Below the pieces are notes generated by a model that saw nothing but the letters and a program-made list of their open reading frames with translations, was not told where the DNA came from and made no database searches. From IMG/VR virus record IMGVR_UViG_3300027974_001530: a stretch of DNA of 64,000 bases. One strand, given 5' to 3'. Below, piece after piece: positions 26,866 through 36,776 of the stretch (positions are counted from its first letter, which is position 1; each line of letters begins with the position of its first letter). The DNA is from a virus (Duplodnaviria > Caudoviricetes). The translations under genes and the position numbers were made by a program.

Positions 26866-27912
26866 TCAATTATAATCATCATTGTCCTCATTAATATGGT
26901 CAACGATACATTTGGTTAGATATTCTTCCGTTGTTTCTTCTCTTCTAACAATAGTAGGTAAAGGAATAGTTTGTCCTATATGTCTTCTTAATCTTGGTAA
27001 AACTCGTAGTCGTGGTGCAAAGTCTTCCACCTGTGTCGGCATTGGTAATTCATCAACCAATTCTTCTGTTACAGTATCATAACCATTGTATTTTCTAAAA
27101 ATAATTTTTTCCTCTTCCGAAAATAACTTATAGTTAGGTAATGTTGTTGGTAAACTAGTGTCCGCCTCCATTAAAATGATCTTAATAATATTAATTGGTA
27201 GACCTGTTTGGATTGTGTCTATTTGTTTATCTTCTTGATTATACGTTTTAAATACAAGATTTTCATGTGAATCCATGTCGTAAAATTCTTTAACAGGACT
27301 ATGGAATGCAAATTTTCTATTTTCTTTTTTATCAATTAAATAAATTAAAACTCCTCTTGAATGACTGTAGAAATACGATGCGTCATTAACCATTGCAGTA
27401 CACCATTTTGTTTGATACCCGTAAGAACAAGATGCCATATAACTTAATGGTCTAAAAATTAAATAATTCTCGTCCTCAAAAATAATACTAATTTCTTTTT
27501 TTGACTTTTTGAACATGTCTTTATTCTTAGCCTCAAAAAGTTGCATTTCTAACATATCCCAAGAATCGTATTTACTAATGTCTTTTTCATCAACTAATCC
27601 TTTATCCATTAATTTACAAAATTCAACAAATCTTTCCATAGCATCATGACTAAAAAGACTATCACAAACATAATGTCTTATCATATTATTATCAAAATCA
27701 GAACTAGGAATAACTTCATCCAAATGATTATTTTGTAAATTACGTATGTAATTTTCTTTAGTTTCATTATTAAAAATCTCCCTTCTTTTATTTATCATTT
27801 TAACCAAAAATTGAGTATATTTTTTGGTCTTACTTGTATCGAACTTTCCTAACATTTCAACTAATGTCATGTTAAGATAATCATTTTCTTTTTTTAATTG
27901 TTTAATTCCCAT
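26866..27912 (-). CDS. hypothetical protein with an 'ED..LIF.P...WCT' domain
   Basis: FEDENYLIFRP..ASCSYG..TKWCTA; shared with 48180..50114. Confidence 0.75.
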   Translation of the reverse strand: MGIKQLKKENDYLNMTLVEMLGKFDTSKTKKYTQFLVKMINKRREIFNNETKENYIRNLQNNHLDEVIPSSDFDNNMIRHYVCDSLFSHDAMERFVEFCKLMDKGLVDEKDISKYDSWDMLEMQLFEAKNKDMFKKSKKEISIIFEDENYLIFRPLSYMASCSYGYQTKWCTAMVNDASYFYSHSRGVLIYLIDKKENRKFAFHSPVKEFYDMDSHENLVFKTYNQEDKQIDTIQTGLPINIIKIILMEADTSLPTTLPNYKLFSEEEKIIFRKYNGYDTVTEELVDELPMPTQVEDFAPRLRVLPRLRRHIGQTIPLPTIVRREETTEEYLTKCIVDHINEDNDDYN

Positions 27913-28111
27913 TTTCTTCTTTATTTTCTATTAGACATGAACTAAATATAAAAAATTCAAATATAACAAACAATACCCCACCCCAAAAATATTGGGAGAT
28001 CCACCAATCTATTGGGTTAAATGATTTATTAACTATTACCATGATGGAATACCAAAAAAGGTTTTTTGATAGGAACGGTATTAGATCTAAGTTAAATTTT
28101 TTATTCATCAT
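27902..28111 (-). CDS. small membrane protein
   Basis: Hydrophobic segments. Confidence 0.6.
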   Translation of the reverse strand: MMNKKFNLDLIPFLSKNLFWYSIMVIVNKSFNPIDWWISQYFWGGVLFVIFEFFIFSSCLIENKEENGN

Positions 28112-28350
28112 CTTAAAACAAAATTATGTATAATGATTAATAACTCCTCTACTCTATCTGTTTTCAGTATAACGGCTCTATCTTCTTTAACCACAATGTC
28201 CATATATCCAAGATCTTCTTTTAATCTGTTTGCTTGGATTTTAATTTCTTTTTTTGCATCATCTTCATTTTTGAAGAATCCAAAGTACGAATCACATTTT
28301 CCTGTTTTATCGCACACACCATAAATGATGTCTCTTGACGGTTGTATCAT
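28108..28350 (-). CDS. hypothetical protein
   Basis: ORF track. Confidence 0.7.
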   Translation of the reverse strand: MIQPSRDIIYGVCDKTGKCDSYFGFFKNEDDAKKEIKIQANRLKEDLGYMDIVVKEDRAVILKTDRVEELLIIIHNFVLR

Positions 28351-28398
28351 AATTGTTTATTTATATATTTTTATAAAGTTAATAAAAAAAGGTGACTC

Positions 28399-29526
28399 TT
28401 AGTGAGAGTCACCAACATTATTTTTTTCACCGTATATTAAGTAGTCGGGATTTATCACTTTGGATACTTTTCTACGATCACCAGTTACTGATTTAACCAC
28501 TATACCTTCGTGTGGTACTTTGGTACCTTCTATGTTATTATTGAACACAAACTTATCTTGTTCCTCCTTATTCCAATTACCTTGGTATAATAATTCTACT
28601 TGTGGTAATTGTAGGCAATCAAAGTGTATAGTTTCATTTATGTATGGTTGGTATTCACCATCAACTTCAACATCAAACCCAACAAACTTAACATCAGTTA
28701 AACCGTATTCATAGTTTTTTTGTATTCCCGCTCCGTATATCTCACCGTATATAACAACACCTTCAGTTAACATAGATGGTTCGTAAGTATCCTTTACGTG
28801 GTCCCATAACTTACCTCTTATGTCGTAAGTGTTAGCCACAGTTTTCCACACATCGGTATCATAGAAACCTTGAGAGTCAGATCCTTTTTCAACGTTATGG
28901 GATCCATAAACATACTCAAATGCCACCCACTCATTTCCAAAAAACATTTTAACTCGGTCCCACAAAGAAAGTGTTTTCTTTCTAACTATCCCGTAACGAG
29001 CATTGGTTCCGTGTAACTTACGAGTTATAACAACCTCATCTTCCTCACTGAACATATCAGGTACGTTCTTTTGATTAGGAAACTTGTAGTAAACTTTGAA
29101 GTTAGGATTTTGGTGGTATTTTACTTTACGTCCACCTACACTTAACTGTATAGTTTTTACAGGTGGTTCATACTTATGTATTCCCATTTTTTCCATTAAG
29201 TCCATCCCCACATAATATACATCTCCAAAACCTGGTATGTATTTGTTAGGTATTAAAAGACATTCAGAATAAACCCCACGAAGTTTTACAGTCCTAACTC
29301 TTTGACCTTTACGTAAATAATTAGTAACACCCAATTTATCTGATAATTCTTTTGGTATTACCGCATCAGTAGTTGCAACAACTACAAGATCATCAACCTT
29401 ATATTCACCTTTTTTAGTTATGGCATTCCAACCACCAACAGTTACTAATTCTATGTTGTCGGCACCTGGTATTTCAGATACTGAACCTATTACCCCTACG
29501 TATGATACACTATTTTGATTTTCCAT
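28399..29526 (-). CDS. RNA ligase, DRB0094 family (OB-like N-terminus + nucleotidyltransferase)
   Basis: IPGADNIE, LRGVYSECL, motif I TRKLHGTN, YGEIYG, FDV, EGIVVK, SKVIN. Confidence 0.9.
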   Translation of the reverse strand: MENQNSVSYVGVIGSVSEIPGADNIELVTVGGWNAITKKGEYKVDDLVVVATTDAVIPKELSDKLGVTNYLRKGQRVRTVKLRGVYSECLLIPNKYIPGFGDVYYVGMDLMEKMGIHKYEPPVKTIQLSVGGRKVKYHQNPNFKVYYKFPNQKNVPDMFSEEDEVVITRKLHGTNARYGIVRKKTLSLWDRVKMFFGNEWVAFEYVYGSHNVEKGSDSQGFYDTDVWKTVANTYDIRGKLWDHVKDTYEPSMLTEGVVIYGEIYGAGIQKNYEYGLTDVKFVGFDVEVDGEYQPYINETIHFDCLQLPQVELLYQGNWNKEEQDKFVFNNNIEGTKVPHEGIVVKSVTGDRRKVSKVINPDYLIYGEKNNVGDSH

Positions 29527-29528
29527 AT

Positions 29529-29789
29529 TTATATATTTTCAAATTCTTTGTTCACTAACTTTATTTCCTCATTTATTCTCTCAAGTTCTTTAGACAACAT
29601 CTCCCTAATTGATCCTGTGTTATAAATATTAACTTCACCTTTACTTCGGAATTCTCCACCTTTTGAGTATGCAATTGTTGCCCCTAAAGAACAAGATTTA
29701 AGTGCATATTCTAATTTAGATTTTTGTGTTTCCAACCTATCAAGTGTTTCTTTTATTTTTTTTGCTTGTTCAAATTTTTCTAATTCCAT
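29529..29789 (-). CDS. hypothetical protein
   Basis: ORF track; TAnnTTTG at 29794-29801. Confidence 0.7.
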   Translation of the reverse strand: MELEKFEQAKKIKETLDRLETQKSKLEYALKSCSLGATIAYSKGGEFRSKGEVNIYNTGSIREMLSKELERINEEIKLVNKEFENI

Positions 29790-29813
29790 AATACAAAGGT
29801 ATAAATTATTTTT

Positions 29814-30338
29814 TTAATTATCACCATCTTCTTCAAGATAATTTATCTTCATAGATCTTGGTTCAGTAAAATCCCACTTCTTACTTTCAAACTCTGTAAC
29901 CCATTCACTAACATCTTCTCTTGTCCAATGTGGAGCAAAAGAAGGACGGTACTTAAATGGTAAATTTTTACTTTCATCCCATTCATCAAGTCGTTTTGTT
30001 ACATCTTCAATAAGGTTTTTAGTCTTAGTATGTTTAATCCACTCTCTGTAATCATCCTCGGATTTAATAAACATAACGTCACCATAATTTTCAAACTCCA
30101 TCTCAGGAAATTCCAAATTTGGGTTGTTAGTATAAACATCAACAATACCATTGTCTCCGTAATATGAATCACAAAGTTCTTTCAAACCATATAAACTACT
30201 TGGGTTTTCTTCCCATACACTACCGAACTGACGGACAGAACAGATATACAAATACCCATCTGTGTAGGAATGTATTCTTCCTTGTATCTCATTTCTTAAT
30301 GAAATAAGTTCGTCCATTGTTAATTTGTCTAAATTCAT
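29814..30338 (-). CDS. hypothetical protein
   Basis: ORF track. Confidence 0.7.
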   Translation of the reverse strand: MNLDKLTMDELISLRNEIQGRIHSYTDGYLYICSVRQFGSVWEENPSSLYGLKELCDSYYGDNGIVDVYTNNPNLEFPEMEFENYGDVMFIKSEDDYREWIKHTKTKNLIEDVTKRLDEWDESKNLPFKYRPSFAPHWTREDVSEWVTEFESKKWDFTEPRSMKINYLEEDGDN

Positions 30339-30583
30339 ATTGTTCGTGTACTGTTTGCGTTTTTAATCATTTTAATTTTTACAATAATTTCTTCTGGGGT
30401 TTCTTTAACTTTAAAATCACTTTTATCATTAACCACTAAACCTATCCAAGTATGTTTCATCTCGATTGGTTTACCCTCAAACCAATCATCACTTTGTTTT
30501 CCTTCATAGAAATATCCGATTTGATTCACATTAATGTAAATCGGTTTATCGTCTTTATATGATGTTAATTTAATTAGTTTCAT
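30335..30583 (-). CDS. FlbD-like small hypothetical protein
   Basis: MKLIKLT...PIYINV.QI...VKETPEEI pattern. Confidence 0.55.
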   Translation of the reverse strand: MKLIKLTSYKDDKPIYINVNQIGYFYEGKQSDDWFEGKPIEMKHTWIGLVVNDKSDFKVKETPEEIIVKIKMIKNANSTRTI

Positions 30584-30584
30584 A

Positions 30585-31007
30585 TTACAAAGATAAATGT
30601 TTTTTTGCGTTTTCTAAAAATTTCTCAATATTTTCTTTTCCTGCAGGATTTGCCGAATGAACCAAATATTTTGGTAATGGTACGTTCTTGTTTACACAAT
30701 ACTCAACAAGGAACTTTGCACAATCAAGTCCAGTTTTTTCCATAGAACCAAATTTCATATTCATTTCATCTTCAGACATACCTTCATAATCTTCAGGTTT
30801 AAAGTCGTAGTGAAAATCAGCCAGGTCGTGGTCAAATGAAACAAACTCCGGAACACCGTTATCTTCAAGGTACTGAACAAAATTATCGTAGTTTGTTACT
30901 ATATCCCAATCATTCTCCCAATAAAATTTATTGAATTCTGATGGTATTAATCTTATTGCGTCTTTTGGAATTCTGATATCATCCAAAAATAATTTATTAT
31001 TTTTCAT
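30585..31007 (-). CDS. cyclic-phosphate-processing receiver-like domain protein
   Basis: LFLDDIR.P, SFDHDL, TGLDCAKFL, VHSANPAG. Confidence 0.8.
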   Translation of the reverse strand: MKNNKLFLDDIRIPKDAIRLIPSEFNKFYWENDWDIVTNYDNFVQYLEDNGVPEFVSFDHDLADFHYDFKPEDYEGMSEDEMNMKFGSMEKTGLDCAKFLVEYCVNKNVPLPKYLVHSANPAGKENIEKFLENAKKHLSL

Positions 31008-31444
31008 CTTTTAATTTTTTTTAATTGTTGTTCAAACTCTTTTCTGAGAATATCCACTTCATCTGTTAGGTAATCTTTACTATCTAACCATTCAAATACT
31101 TCAATCTGTGCCTTTAACTTTTCAGTTTGTAACCACTTCGCCTTTTTAACATACTTTCGTATGAGTTTGAATATTTCTTCAATATCTGTAAATTCAGATA
31201 CGGGACTATCGTTTCTACCAGGAAGAAATATCAAGGTAAACCCATGATTTGCAAGAAATGTTTCAGTAACCCTCACACCACAAATCTCATCAATATAAAC
31301 CCAAGGAAAGTTTCCTGATAGTTTTACATCAATACCAATTTTTTTTAATCTCTCAACAAACCTTGTGATTTTATTGCCAGTTAGTTTTGTACTACTCTCT
31401 GTTTCCATTTTTATATATGTCCCAAATTTAGTTTTTACTTCCAT
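31004..31444 (-). CDS. hypothetical protein
   Basis: ORF track. Confidence 0.7.
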   Translation of the reverse strand: MEVKTKFGTYIKMETESSTKLTGNKITRFVERLKKIGIDVKLSGNFPWVYIDEICGVRVTETFLANHGFTLIFLPGRNDSPVSEFTDIEEIFKLIRKYVKKAKWLQTEKLKAQIEVFEWLDSKDYLTDEVDILRKEFEQQLKKIKR

Positions 31445-31601
31445 AACATTCTAATTTTTTATCTTTAACATTCCACAAATCTTTTTTTCCTTCTGTCATA
31501 TGACAATTGTGTTTCTTACCGGTTCTCTCAGCAAAATCAACAATAGTATCGTTGTGACGATTACGAATGAAGTGTGGGCATTCTTTACAGGGTTTTTTCA
31601 T
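31428..31601 (-). CDS. 57-aa Cys/His microprotein (MKKPCKECPH...HNCHM...C)
   Basis: Manual translation; abuts the upstream gene's stop. Confidence 0.65.
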   Translation of the reverse strand: MKKPCKECPHFIRNRHNDTIVDFAERTGKKHNCHMTEGKKDLWNVKDKKLECYGSKN

Positions 31602-31838
31602 TTAACAATAAATTTTATAAATTAAAAACCCCTCAATATCTCTAAGAATTTGATTAATACCGTTTTTGGGTGAATCCAAATATAAAAAACCACCACCATT
31701 TTTAATGGTAACAATTTTTCCGTTTGATAGGTATATCCTTTTTTTTGTTTTTTTGGTAACAACAATATCATTATAACCTTCACCAACGTTCAAGGATAAT
31801 AAAAACTTCTCGGAATCTCTAAAATCTGTCATATTCAT
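31602..31838 (-). CDS. hypothetical protein
   Basis: ORF track. Confidence 0.7.
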   Translation of the reverse strand: MNMTDFRDSEKFLLSLNVGEGYNDIVVTKKTKKRIYLSNGKIVTIKNGGGFLYLDSPKNGINQILRDIEGFLIYKIYC

Positions 31839-31842
31839 ACCA

Positions 31843-31874
31843 CAAAGATATAAAAGTTTTTTTAATAAAACAAA
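31843..31874 (-). promoter_or_regulatory. Bacteroidota-type sigma-70 promoter
   Basis: TTTG (31871-31874), 20-nt spacer, TATCTTTG (31843-31850). Confidence 0.7.
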
Positions 31875-31901
31875 AAATCCCTCCGTAAAGAAGGGATTTA
31901 A
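31873..31901 (-). terminator. terminator after the T9SS-domain gene
   Basis: AAAAAATCCCTCCGTAAAGAAGGGATTT. Confidence 0.6.
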
Positions 31902-31933
31902 TTTATTTTTATATCAAAAATATTAATATTTTT

Positions 31934-34750
31934 TTATTTAATTATTTGTTTTATTACTTGTGTTGAAAAATTTCCATTACTTACCTGAATATAATAGATT
32001 CCATCTACTATATTTAAATCACCAATATTATATAAATTAATCCCTGAAACAATATTAATTTCTTTATTAAAAATTTCAGATCCTTTTGTATCTTTAATTA
32101 TTAGTTTTCCATTACCAATCATATTTTTATTGTTTAACACAACTTGAAAATCTCCAGAACTAGGATTTGGAAATATGAGAAAATAACCTTTTGAATTTCC
32201 ATTACAAATAACATTTATTGGTCCATACTCTTTATTCACTCCGTCTATGTCATATTGAAGAAGTTTATAATAGTTATTTCCATCAATTGCGTTTTCATCT
32301 TTTGTCGTGTAGGTTAACTCTTGAGTTGAGTTTCCTGCCGAATTCAAAGTTGTTAATTTAGACCAATTAATACCATCTCTTGATTTAAGAACATCAAAAT
32401 AGTCAGAGTTATGTTCGGTTGCCGTTTTCCAATTTAAAGTAATTAAGTTGTTATTACAAGACCCATCAAAAGATAATAGTTCCACAGGAAGAGCACCATT
32501 AGTAATAATATTAAAAAATCTGGTTTGAGTTCCACAATTTGAAGCGTTTGATACCGTAACCCTAACAGAACCATTAGTTGTTGTCTGTGGCCAAGTAAAT
32601 GTAATTGATGGAGAGTTAGAATTTGGAACGTTTATCCAAAGTTGTGCGGTTACGGACTGTGTGTATGCCCATTGGTATGTTGCGTTTGCTACCGGTGTTA
32701 TTGAATAACTTTCTTGTGTTCCGGCAATTATGGTATTATTACCAGATATTGTAGACACAAAACCAACAGAAGGATTTACGGTTATTGTTGTTGAAGTTGA
32801 TGCCGAACATCCATTTGCCGTTGCGGTTAATTGATAGGTCTGTGTAGTCGTAGGAGAAGCAAATGGACTTGGAGCACTTGCATTTGTAAGTCCGTTTGAA
32901 GGTGTCCATAGATATGTTACACCGGGAGAAGACCCACAAGATGATATTGATTGTGTTATGCTCTGTCCACCAACTAAACTTCCACTTAGGACCGTTGTTC
33001 CGTTACAAGTTACCAAATAATTTGCCGTGTTGTCATTCCATATTCCTTGAGTTTCCACATTAAATGTATATGGGCCATTTGCCGATGAACCGATTGGAAT
33101 TATATTTGTTGACCCTAAACCATAAGGTCCACCTGAACCAATTACAGCCCCTAAACTATTTGTTAAAGTCCAAGAACTTTCGTCTAAGAATCCACTGGTG
33201 GAGATGGTTACAACAAGATTTCCTGGTGATGACACTCCACTAATGTTAGATATCAATTGGGTATTTGATCCGTTACATATTGTATTGGTTGCCGCACTTA
33301 TAGTTACAGTGGGATTAGGGTTAACTGTTATTGTTGTTGAAGCGCACCCACTACTAAAAAGACCTCCGTTTAGATTTCTCGCATAGTATGTAGTGGTTGA
33401 TGCAGGACTTACCGAGATGGAATTTCCAGTTGACACGAAAGTGGATGCACAACCTCCTATATACCAATAAACCACACCCAAAGCGCCATTTGCGGTTAGA
33501 GTGGTAGATGATCCATTACAAATAGTATTTTGTGTCGCAGATATTGATGTTGGGTCTGCTGGCGGGGGAGATATACAAGTTAGACCAATAGAAAAACTAC
33601 TACTTGCGCTATACCCATGAACTAATATATAGTAATTTGTTCCAATTGACGAAGTCCATGAAAATGAGGCTGATGAACTAGAACAAGCGGGCCCAAAATC
33701 ATCATTACCTCCAACACATGATAATGTTGAGCAATTAGGACCACTAAATACAGACATTTTACTATCCCATGCCGTTGCACAAAGATTTGCGGTCATAATT
33801 TGTCCGTTTCCTGAAATAACATACCAAACACCGGGTTGTGTTTGACTAACAGAACATAAACCATTTTCACCCGTTCCAGAGTTAGTTGCATTTACGGTGG
33901 TTCCTGATAGTGTTTGACCACAAGTAATTGGAGTTGAGTTACATACTAAATCGTTGGATGGGGGTGGTGGTGGTGCACAAGTTAGACAAGTAATATAAGA
34001 TGTTCCACAACTTGAAGCAGTTCCACAAGTGTTATTTGTGTTGTAATGAACAAAATATGTTCCTGAGGACGGACAAACCCAATTTAGTGGAGAGTTTCCA
34101 CTAGTTACTACAGTACCATTATAAGTTCCAGATCTAACTGTGATATATCCACCTAAATTGTAATATGATTGATATGTTTGTCCTGCAACACAAGAATAAA
34201 TTGTATTATATTCAGTTTGGTATTGACAAGTACTGATGGTTACAGTTGTTGGTGTTGATGGTGCAGTTGCCGTCATGTAAGAGGAAGTATTAGTACATGG
34301 GCCGGCAGCAACTGCGGCACAACTACCTAATACTGTTTGTCCTCCCGTAGTTGCGGTTCCGGCAACTGGTTGTATAGTATTGATTATGATAGATCCTGAG
34401 CCATTTAGAACCTGTATACGCATTTCGGAAGGGTAAGACCCTGCGAGTGTTCGGTATACTCTAATGGTTGACCCAACAGATGCGGTAAATGTAGAATTAG
34501 TAGGACCTAATCCAACACAACTTAAATTAGATAAAACGGTTACTCCGTTAACGGAAACTGCGACTGTTCCTCCATTCCACCCATCACCAAAGGTATCTGT
34601 TCGTTTAATAGTGTGGAGACATGATTGAGAAAATAAGAAAGATGAAAATAGAACAAAAAGTCCAAGCAATATATTCTTCATAGTAAAAATAAATAAAATA
34701 AAATTATTTACTCTCTTGAAGAATCTTTTTAGGAAACCCCCATCTTCCAT
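31934..34750 (-). CDS. secreted adhesin-like protein with a T9SS type A C-terminal sorting domain
   Basis: Signal peptide from the ATG at 34681 (MKNILLGLFVLFSSFLFSQ); Thr/Ser/Gly/Cys-rich beta repeats; LPVELLSF...LNWKTATEHNSDYF; IFPNPS...G.E....GIYYIQV...K.IIK. Confidence 0.9.
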   Translation of the reverse strand: MEDGGFLKRFFKRVNNFILFIFTMKNILLGLFVLFSSFLFSQSCLHTIKRTDTFGDGWNGGTVAVSVNGVTVLSNLSCVGLGPTNSTFTASVGSTIRVYRTLAGSYPSEMRIQVLNGSGSIIINTIQPVAGTATTGGQTVLGSCAAVAAGPCTNTSSYMTATAPSTPTTVTISTCQYQTEYNTIYSCVAGQTYQSYYNLGGYITVRSGTYNGTVVTSGNSPLNWVCPSSGTYFVHYNTNNTCGTASSCGTSYITCLTCAPPPPPSNDLVCNSTPITCGQTLSGTTVNATNSGTGENGLCSVSQTQPGVWYVISGNGQIMTANLCATAWDSKMSVFSGPNCSTLSCVGGNDDFGPACSSSSASFSWTSSIGTNYYILVHGYSASSSFSIGLTCISPPPADPTSISATQNTICNGSSTTLTANGALGVVYWYIGGCASTFVSTGNSISVSPASTTTYYARNLNGGLFSSGCASTTITVNPNPTVTISAATNTICNGSNTQLISNISGVSSPGNLVVTISTSGFLDESSWTLTNSLGAVIGSGGPYGLGSTNIIPIGSSANGPYTFNVETQGIWNDNTANYLVTCNGTTVLSGSLVGGQSITQSISSCGSSPGVTYLWTPSNGLTNASAPSPFASPTTTQTYQLTATANGCSASTSTTITVNPSVGFVSTISGNNTIIAGTQESYSITPVANATYQWAYTQSVTAQLWINVPNSNSPSITFTWPQTTTNGSVRVTVSNASNCGTQTRFFNIITNGALPVELLSFDGSCNNNLITLNWKTATEHNSDYFDVLKSRDGINWSKLTTLNSAGNSTQELTYTTKDENAIDGNNYYKLLQYDIDGVNKEYGPINVICNGNSKGYFLIFPNPSSGDFQVVLNNKNMIGNGKLIIKDTKGSEIFNKEINIVSGINLYNIGDLNIVDGIYYIQVSNGNFSTQVIKQIIK

Positions 34751-34839
34751 GGGCCGGTCGAGTTCACTAATAAATACGAATATAATTGGGATTAGTGGTT
34801 AATAAATCCTCGTATTGAGCAAACTATGATTTTAGTTTA

Positions 34840-36096
34840 TTATTTAATCTTCCAATCTTTAATTTCGGTTTCTATTTTTCTTTTACCGTATTTTTTTTCC
34901 ATAAGTTTCTGGTGTAAATCCCAATTTAATATAGATTCGTTTGTTTGTTCTTTCTCATCAGGAATAAGTGAATATATTTTAGAAAGTCTTTTAATTAATT
35001 TTGTTGCAACATAATTAAATCTTTCGCACTCATCAACAAAGAACCGTTCTTCTTTATTTCGGTATCTAGCAATGTGGTTTAAAAACTTATTTCTAACTTT
35101 CTCCAATCCTTCACTATTATTATCTTTAACCATATGCCCCATACCCATCATTCTCATAAATGCCGCGGCTCTATCATTCATATCCTCTGTCATTCTATCA
35201 AAAATATCTTTTTTAGCACTTATTAGATTAATATAAACCAAATCCATAAGTACATATATTTTTTTATCTTCAGACATATCTTCATAAGGTACTCCAGCAT
35301 GTGATAATAAAGAATCAATTCTATCCATTTGTTCGTGTAGTTTTTTAACTAAATTAGTATAACTAAAATATCTAATTTCTTTTAGTTCTTTAACTACTTT
35401 ATCGTTTTCAAAAAATTCTCTAAACTTTTCTTTTGTAATACCGGTTAATTTCATTCTTGTTGCAATTTCAGTTGGTCTAACAAGGTTCTCAACGTGTTGA
35501 ATAAAATAACTGTGTCTCATAAATTCATTAATCACTGGAATTCCAAAGTTTAATCCTGAACTAGTGTATGCTTGGTAATCAGCATCTTTACCTATCAAAT
35601 CCGTTTCTTTTTTTTGTTTATCAAACTTATGTTTAATTTCGTGAGCAATTACAGATATAAATTCAACCTTATCTTTACTAAAATAGTTATAAATGTCTTC
35701 AGAATCCCAATTATCCTCATTTGATCCAAAATTTAAAGATAATTCAATACTATTATCTAATTTATGCACCTTCATTAATATTTTTTTATCAAAATTAAAT
35801 TGGCTTGCAACTCCAGCAGACATCATAACAAGAGGTCCATCATAATCATCCATTTCGTTAATTTCAACTCGTAATTCTAACTCGTGTATTTTATAATCAG
35901 ATATTGTTAAATCTAAATTGTTTTCAGTAAATGTTTGTGTGGTATTGTAATCGTCCATACCTTTTAATAGATTCAAAATGATTTCATATAATTTTTCTGC
36001 TGATTCAATAATACCTTCTGGAACACCAACTGCCTCACTTAATAGATTTTTTACTATCAAGTCCATTTGTCTTTCTGTAATAATAATTTTTGTCAT
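34840..36096 (-). CDS. HExxH putative zinc metallopeptidase with MTKIIITERQ leader
   Basis: IAHEIKH with a downstream acidic residue (VENLVRPTE); TATTTAT at 36101-36107. Confidence 0.6.
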   Translation of the reverse strand: MTKIIITERQMDLIVKNLLSEAVGVPEGIIESAEKLYEIILNLLKGMDDYNTTQTFTENNLDLTISDYKIHELELRVEINEMDDYDGPLVMMSAGVASQFNFDKKILMKVHKLDNSIELSLNFGSNEDNWDSEDIYNYFSKDKVEFISVIAHEIKHKFDKQKKETDLIGKDADYQAYTSSGLNFGIPVINEFMRHSYFIQHVENLVRPTEIATRMKLTGITKEKFREFFENDKVVKELKEIRYFSYTNLVKKLHEQMDRIDSLLSHAGVPYEDMSEDKKIYVLMDLVYINLISAKKDIFDRMTEDMNDRAAAFMRMMGMGHMVKDNNSEGLEKVRNKFLNHIARYRNKEERFFVDECERFNYVATKLIKRLSKIYSLIPDEKEQTNESILNWDLHQKLMEKKYGKRKIETEIKDWKIK

Positions 36097-36122
36097 ACAT
36101 ATAAATATTATGGTGTTGCGAT

Positions 36123-36776
36123 TTAACCCACAACACCAACTAATCCATCCAAGTGATGATCTCCTGACATATCAGAACCAACTGTTCTTTTATCCATTAT
36201 TTTAATGATATCAGAAATACTATATGGATCCATCCCATTACCATCAACACCAACGTCCATTCTTCTACCATTACCAAATTTTCTATTTTCCGGTAAGTGA
36301 ACGTGCCCATGAAGGTGTATTACACCTTTGTTTAGTCCATTCCAACTTTGTAGTGGGTAGTGACATAACACAAAATCTTTACCTTCAATGTTCACTTCCA
36401 AATAATGTTGAACACTTAAAAACCTTTTTTGAACAAAATCATAGTTTCTGTCAATATGGTGATCGTGATTCCCTAATATTAAGTGAATGTTGTGACAAAC
36501 CAACCTTTCAAGAAAGATTCCAATATTATCAAATCCACCAAATGAAACATCACCCAACATAATTAGAGTGTCTTCCTGACCCACAAAATGATTTATACCA
36601 TCAATCAAACGTTCATTCATCTGTTCAATAGTTTGAAAGTCACGAGTAGAACCCACCGGTACTTCACCATCTTGTGTTCTCCAATTGGTAGTTCCTCTTA
36701 CAATATTTTTGTGACCGTAGTGTGTATCACTTGTAATCCACACTTTTCCTGTTGTCAATATTTTTTTAAAACTCAT
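36123..36776 (-). CDS. metallophosphoesterase (calcineurin-like)
   Basis: SDTHYGH, LGD, GNHD, CHYP, HLHGHVH, MDVGVD. Confidence 0.9.
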   Translation of the reverse strand: MSFKKILTTGKVWITSDTHYGHKNIVRGTTNWRTQDGEVPVGSTRDFQTIEQMNERLIDGINHFVGQEDTLIMLGDVSFGGFDNIGIFLERLVCHNIHLILGNHDHHIDRNYDFVQKRFLSVQHYLEVNIEGKDFVLCHYPLQSWNGLNKGVIHLHGHVHLPENRKFGNGRRMDVGVDGNGMDPYSISDIIKIMDKRTVGSDMSGDHHLDGLVGVVG

